Of a stretch of DNA of 64,000 nt, positions 60,264-64,000 are shown piece after piece (the stretch's first letter is position 1; every line of letters starts with the position of its first letter). Origin of the DNA: a virus. The stretch covers positions 12,233 through 76,232 of IMG/VR virus record IMGVR_UViG_3300032288_003533; one strand, given 5' to 3'. Below the pieces are notes generated by a model. That model was given only the letters and a program-made list of their open reading frames with translations. It was not told the DNA's origin and did no database searches. Position numbers and translations under genes: made by a program.

Positions 60264-60317
60264 TTTATTTTTAGTATAAATATTCATTAAATAGTATTTA
60301 TTATAATATAAATATAA

Positions 60318-62936
60318 ATGAGTTATCAAAATATCAATCAATATAATTTTAAAAAAATTGGTTTTAGACCAGTAAATGAAATTATTGATATAAGTCTGGC
60401 ATCTGATGAGTTGAATTTTGATGAAGAAACTATTTTTTCCACAAAATTAATTGCTGAAGAGGATGGTAATAGATTACCATTTAATTTTGATTTTGCATAT
60501 TCTGCAAATTCAATTTGCATTAATTGTGGGGATTTTTCAAAAGATGTAATTGTTTCAAAAAATTATTATAATCCAGAAAATTATAATTTAACAGCAAATA
60601 CATACCAAAATAAAATTTCAATATGTGATGTTGGGTTAACAGGGATTGACAATGGTTTAACCAATGTTATTACAGGTCAAACCATTGAAACAAATTATGG
60701 TTTATATACAAATACAAATGATATATATAATAGATATAAGTTTGATAGGAGATTTAAATTACATCCAATAACAGGATTTACCACAACAACAAATAGAATA
60801 CTTGATGATAATAGTTACACATATAATATATCATCTGGTTCAACTGATACTATTAACAGATATGTTAGATTAAATGGGGGATTTTATCAAGGATTTTATA
60901 AATTATTTGGATATGATTATGAAATATTTCCAGAAAGACCCAAATTGGGTTGGACAGCAGAATTTATTTTAAAATATAGATGGACAGGGGATACCCAAGT
61001 TGGCTTAAATGCTAGATATCCAGAAAATACTGGAACATTTTTTTATTTTGGAACTCGTGCTGAAAATAAATTTTATCATTATGCTGATGGTGAATCATCG
61101 TATTCTGGTTATACCAGGGTAACATCTGAATTGGATTGTTTAAAAAGTTGCACATGTGATGAATTATACTCTGGTTCAACATATTCAGCATCAACTTGCA
61201 ATAATGTTTATCCAATAACTGGAATAACAAACCCATCAGAAGATATTGTATTTCCTGAAAAAAATGTTTTTTATGATGGTGTATCAAATTCATTATCTAT
61301 ACAATTAACTGGTAGTAGTGGAAATCCAAGAATTTGTGTTAAAACATATACAATAAGTGGTTCTTGTGAATCAACTGGTGCAACCATAAATCAATGGTGT
61401 TCAACAAAAGGTATTTTTAATGAATTTAAAGACACAAATTATATAAATGAAGAACATTGGGTACAAATTGATGTTGTTTTTGTTAGGGATAGATTAATTG
61501 ATAGTTGTGATTTAAAAGATTTGGGTGGATTAGGGTTAATTATATCAAAAGAATACACTGCATCAACTGCAAATAGAAGCATTGAATTGATTCAACCACC
61601 AAAAACACATGATGATATTATACCAACAAGTATTGAAGTTGTTAATTTTGATAGCAGATGGTTTGAAACCAAAAAATATAGAGAAGGTAATTTAAGGATT
61701 TATATAAATGGTAAACCATTTTTCATTATTGATAATTTTGAAGAAATAATACCAAGGCAATTAAATACTGAAAAAGAAAAACAAATTGGTGTTCCTTTTA
61801 ATATTTCATTAGGTGGTGGAACACAATCCTTAAAAGATTCATTGACTTTATCTTCTTGCACTAGTAATAATTTAATACAAGACCCAGAATTATTACCAAC
61901 AAGTATATTAAATAATACAATTTATTCTGGATTAACAACAAATATTATTCTTGAAAAATTATTTGGAGGTAATTTTATTGGTGACTTGGGGGCATTTAGA
62001 ATGTATATTGAACCTTTAAATGCTGGGCAAATAAGGCATAATTTTAAAATATTAAAGAATATATATGGACTAATTGATCCATTTAACCCTAATGAAATAC
62101 CTCTTATTATTGTAACTCCAACCCCAACACCATCAATTACACCATCAATTACACCATCAATAACAATAACACCAACAATAACAATAACACCATCTGTAAC
62201 ACCAACAATTATAACATCAATAACACCAACACCAACATTAACAATAACACCATCAATTACACCATCAATAACCCCAACATTAACAATTACACCAACCCCA
62301 TCAATAACAACATCAATTACACCAAGTCCAACAAATACACCATATTCAGCATATGTATTTGCTGAACCTCAAACATTTGAAGATGGTGCCAATTTGGAGA
62401 ATTATATGGTAATTGATAATGGTAAAAACTGGGGTGGTTATCAATTCTATGGTGTTCCATCATCAATTGATTATTCATCAACATTGGATGTTTATGCACA
62501 TTATTCTGGATGGACAAGCAATAGTGGAAATTACATAACACCACCAACATCATTGAAATCTGCAATAAAACAAACAATTGGTGGATCCACAGATTCATTT
62601 GGATGTCCACAAAATCAATACACATTTGGAACAATAGAAATAAAAACAACAGATGTTAATCCAAACATCAAATACTTCTATTCAATATGGTTACCATTTG
62701 ATGGATTAGGTGGTTCATTTACAAATATGACACTTGATGCTGGAACATCCCCTTGCTCAAATGATTATGTAAATGATGCAATACCAGATTCAGTTGCTTC
62801 ACAAAATGTTACAATAAGTAGTGGGGCTGCAATACCAGCAGGTCAATATAGAGTGTTATGGTTATCAAACTTAACTTTACCAATAAGTCAAACACTCATA
62901 AATAATGTATACATAAAAGGAGAAAATAAATATTAA
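60318..62936 (+). CDS. Probable virion structural protein with Thr/Pro/Ser/Ile linker
   Basis: 872 aa; (TP[S/T]I)n tract at about 62110-62340; beta-rich flanking regions. Confidence 0.6.
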   Translation: MSYQNINQYNFKKIGFRPVNEIIDISLASDELNFDEETIFSTKLIAEEDGNRLPFNFDFAYSANSICINCGDFSKDVIVSKNYYNPENYNLTANTYQNKISICDVGLTGIDNGLTNVITGQTIETNYGLYTNTNDIYNRYKFDRRFKLHPITGFTTTTNRILDDNSYTYNISSGSTDTINRYVRLNGGFYQGFYKLFGYDYEIFPERPKLGWTAEFILKYRWTGDTQVGLNARYPENTGTFFYFGTRAENKFYHYADGESSYSGYTRVTSELDCLKSCTCDELYSGSTYSASTCNNVYPITGITNPSEDIVFPEKNVFYDGVSNSLSIQLTGSSGNPRICVKTYTISGSCESTGATINQWCSTKGIFNEFKDTNYINEEHWVQIDVVFVRDRLIDSCDLKDLGGLGLIISKEYTASTANRSIELIQPPKTHDDIIPTSIEVVNFDSRWFETKKYREGNLRIYINGKPFFIIDNFEEIIPRQLNTEKEKQIGVPFNISLGGGTQSLKDSLTLSSCTSNNLIQDPELLPTSILNNTIYSGLTTNIILEKLFGGNFIGDLGAFRMYIEPLNAGQIRHNFKILKNIYGLIDPFNPNEIPLIIVTPTPTPSITPSITPSITITPTITITPSVTPTIITSITPTPTLTITPSITPSITPTLTITPTPSITTSITPSPTNTPYSAYVFAEPQTFEDGANLENYMVIDNGKNWGGYQFYGVPSSIDYSSTLDVYAHYSGWTSNSGNYITPPTSLKSAIKQTIGGSTDSFGCPQNQYTFGTIEIKTTDVNPNIKYFYSIWLPFDGLGGSFTNMTLDAGTSPCSNDYVNDAIPDSVASQNVTISSGAAIPAGQYRVLWLSNLTLPISQTLINNVYIKGENKY

Positions 62937-62938
62937 AT

Positions 62939-64000
62939 ATGTCATTCTCGTATAAAAATCCATTGTCAAGTGTCCAACTAACAGGGCCTGAAACAGTATC
63001 AAGAACATCTGTATTTGGTGCAAGTTTTTCTGTTAGCAATGTTGGGGGTTATATGGAAGTATATAACTTATCAGATTTAAATTATTCAACATATGGAGGT
63101 GTTGGTCTAATATCATCATCAGCAAATACCATACCAATAAATTATACTATTGGTAATTTATCAAATTCAATAACATTAAATTCTGATAACATATCATCTG
63201 GTCGTAGAAGATTAGGTATGCTTGTTTATGTACAAGAAACAAATAGTGTTTATCAATACACCATACCAAATTATACTGACTTATGGTTTGCACTAAGTGG
63301 ATTAACTGGTATATCAGCAATAACTCAAACAGATTATTCAACAATTGTAAATACAAGGTCACAAGCAGGTAAAGATTTTATTGCTGCTTGGACAGGATCT
63401 ACCATTGAAGGAGTTAGTGGTACAACAAGAGAAAATGCTAGATGGAGATTATTTTATGGTACAGACACATTTATAACTGGAGGAACATATTATTCAGCAG
63501 CAACAAGATTAGATTTATTTAAAAATAATGGTGAAACAATATCAATATCAGGATTTAACCAATCAATTACTGGTGGTACATATAATAACACAAATGAAAC
63601 ACTAACCCTTGTTAGTAATTTAGGAGAATTAATAACAATAAGTGGATTTTCTAGTTCAATAACTGTTAGTGATCAAACAACATCCATAAATTTAGTAAAT
63701 GAAATAAATTTTAGCGGAGCAACAATTGAAGATGGGGGTGATGGTAAAGTAAATGTTATACTATACTCTAATACATCTGGAACAAGTGGAACATCTGGCT
63801 CTGCTGGAAGTTCTGGAACAAGTGGTAATGCTGGAACAAGTGGAACATCTGGCTCTGCTGGTACAAGTGGAACATCTGGTTCTGCTGGAAGTTCTGGAAC
63901 AAGTGGTAATGCTGGTTCATCTGGAACAAGTGGAACAAGTGGCAATGCTGGTTCATCTGGAAGTTCTGGAACAAGTGGTGGTACTGGTTCATCTGGAACA
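62939..64000 (+). CDS. Fibre-like protein with collagen-like (G-T/S-S/A)n repeat (partial)
   Basis: ATG at 62939 (MSFSYKNPLSS...RRLGMLVYV...), open to the window end. Absent from the ORF track because it has no stop. Confidence 0.7.
   Translation, partial: MSFSYKNPLSSVQLTGPETVSRTSVFGASFSVSNVGGYMEVYNLSDLNYSTYGGVGLISSSANTIPINYTIGNLSNSITLNSDNISSGRRRLGMLVYVQETNSVYQYTIPNYTDLWFALSGLTGISAITQTDYSTIVNTRSQAGKDFIAAWTGSTIEGVSGTTRENARWRLFYGTDTFITGGTYYSAATRLDLFKNNGETISISGFNQSITGGTYNNTNETLTLVSNLGELITISGFSSSITVSDQTTSINLVNEINFSGATIEDGGDGKVNVILYSNTSGTSGTSGSAGSSGTSGNAGTSGTSGSAGTSGTSGSAGSSGTSGNAGSSGTSGTSGNAGSSGSSGTSGGTGSSGT
63775..64000 (+). repeat. 9-nt-period GGAACAAGT/GGAACATCT/GGTTCATCT triplet repeat
   Basis: Encodes GTS-GTS-GSA-GSS-GNA units. 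Confidence 0.9.

Noticed and set aside
63147-63992. Minus-strand ORFs at the right end
   Set aside because: Antisense shadows of the open plus-strand GTS-repeat gene starting at 62939.
1-64000. Alternative genetic code (stop-codon reassignment)
   Set aside because: The standard code gives dense full-length genes, and TAA, TAG and TGA all terminate genes.

Overview
A very AT-rich, gene-dense segment of a large T4-like (jumbo/myovirus-type) phage. It carries a head module (large terminase, gp20-like portal, gp21-like prohead protease, acidic scaffold, gp23-like major capsid), a gp55-like late sigma factor and a baseplate spike/hub-like gene. The host is probably Bacteroidota, judged from TTTG-N20-TAnnTTTG promoters, the lack of Shine-Dalgarno motifs and a Bacteroidota-style lipoprotein and ClpC. 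Other modules: cell-wall enzymes with a holin-like ORF (0-2.2 kb); a complete tmRNA with an unusually long tag next to a proteostasis cluster (peptidase, N-domain-less ClpC-like ATPase, Hsp20, cyclophilin); a ~16 kb glycosylation/sugar-nucleotide island (41.8-57.6 kb); and Thr/Pro- and Gly-Thr-Ser-repeat virion proteins at the right end. The standout is a family of 17 paralogous capped leucine-rich-repeat genes in four arrays (3+5+3+6). They have constant N- and C-caps, 3-16 variable 20/21-aa repeats, a conserved stop-start junction (AGATAATGGAAAAAGAAAC) and DNA-level mosaicism between distant arrays. This looks like a recombination-diversified repertoire of binding proteins, with one array translationally coupled to the prohead protease. 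All calls come from motif recognition by eye; no database searches were run.
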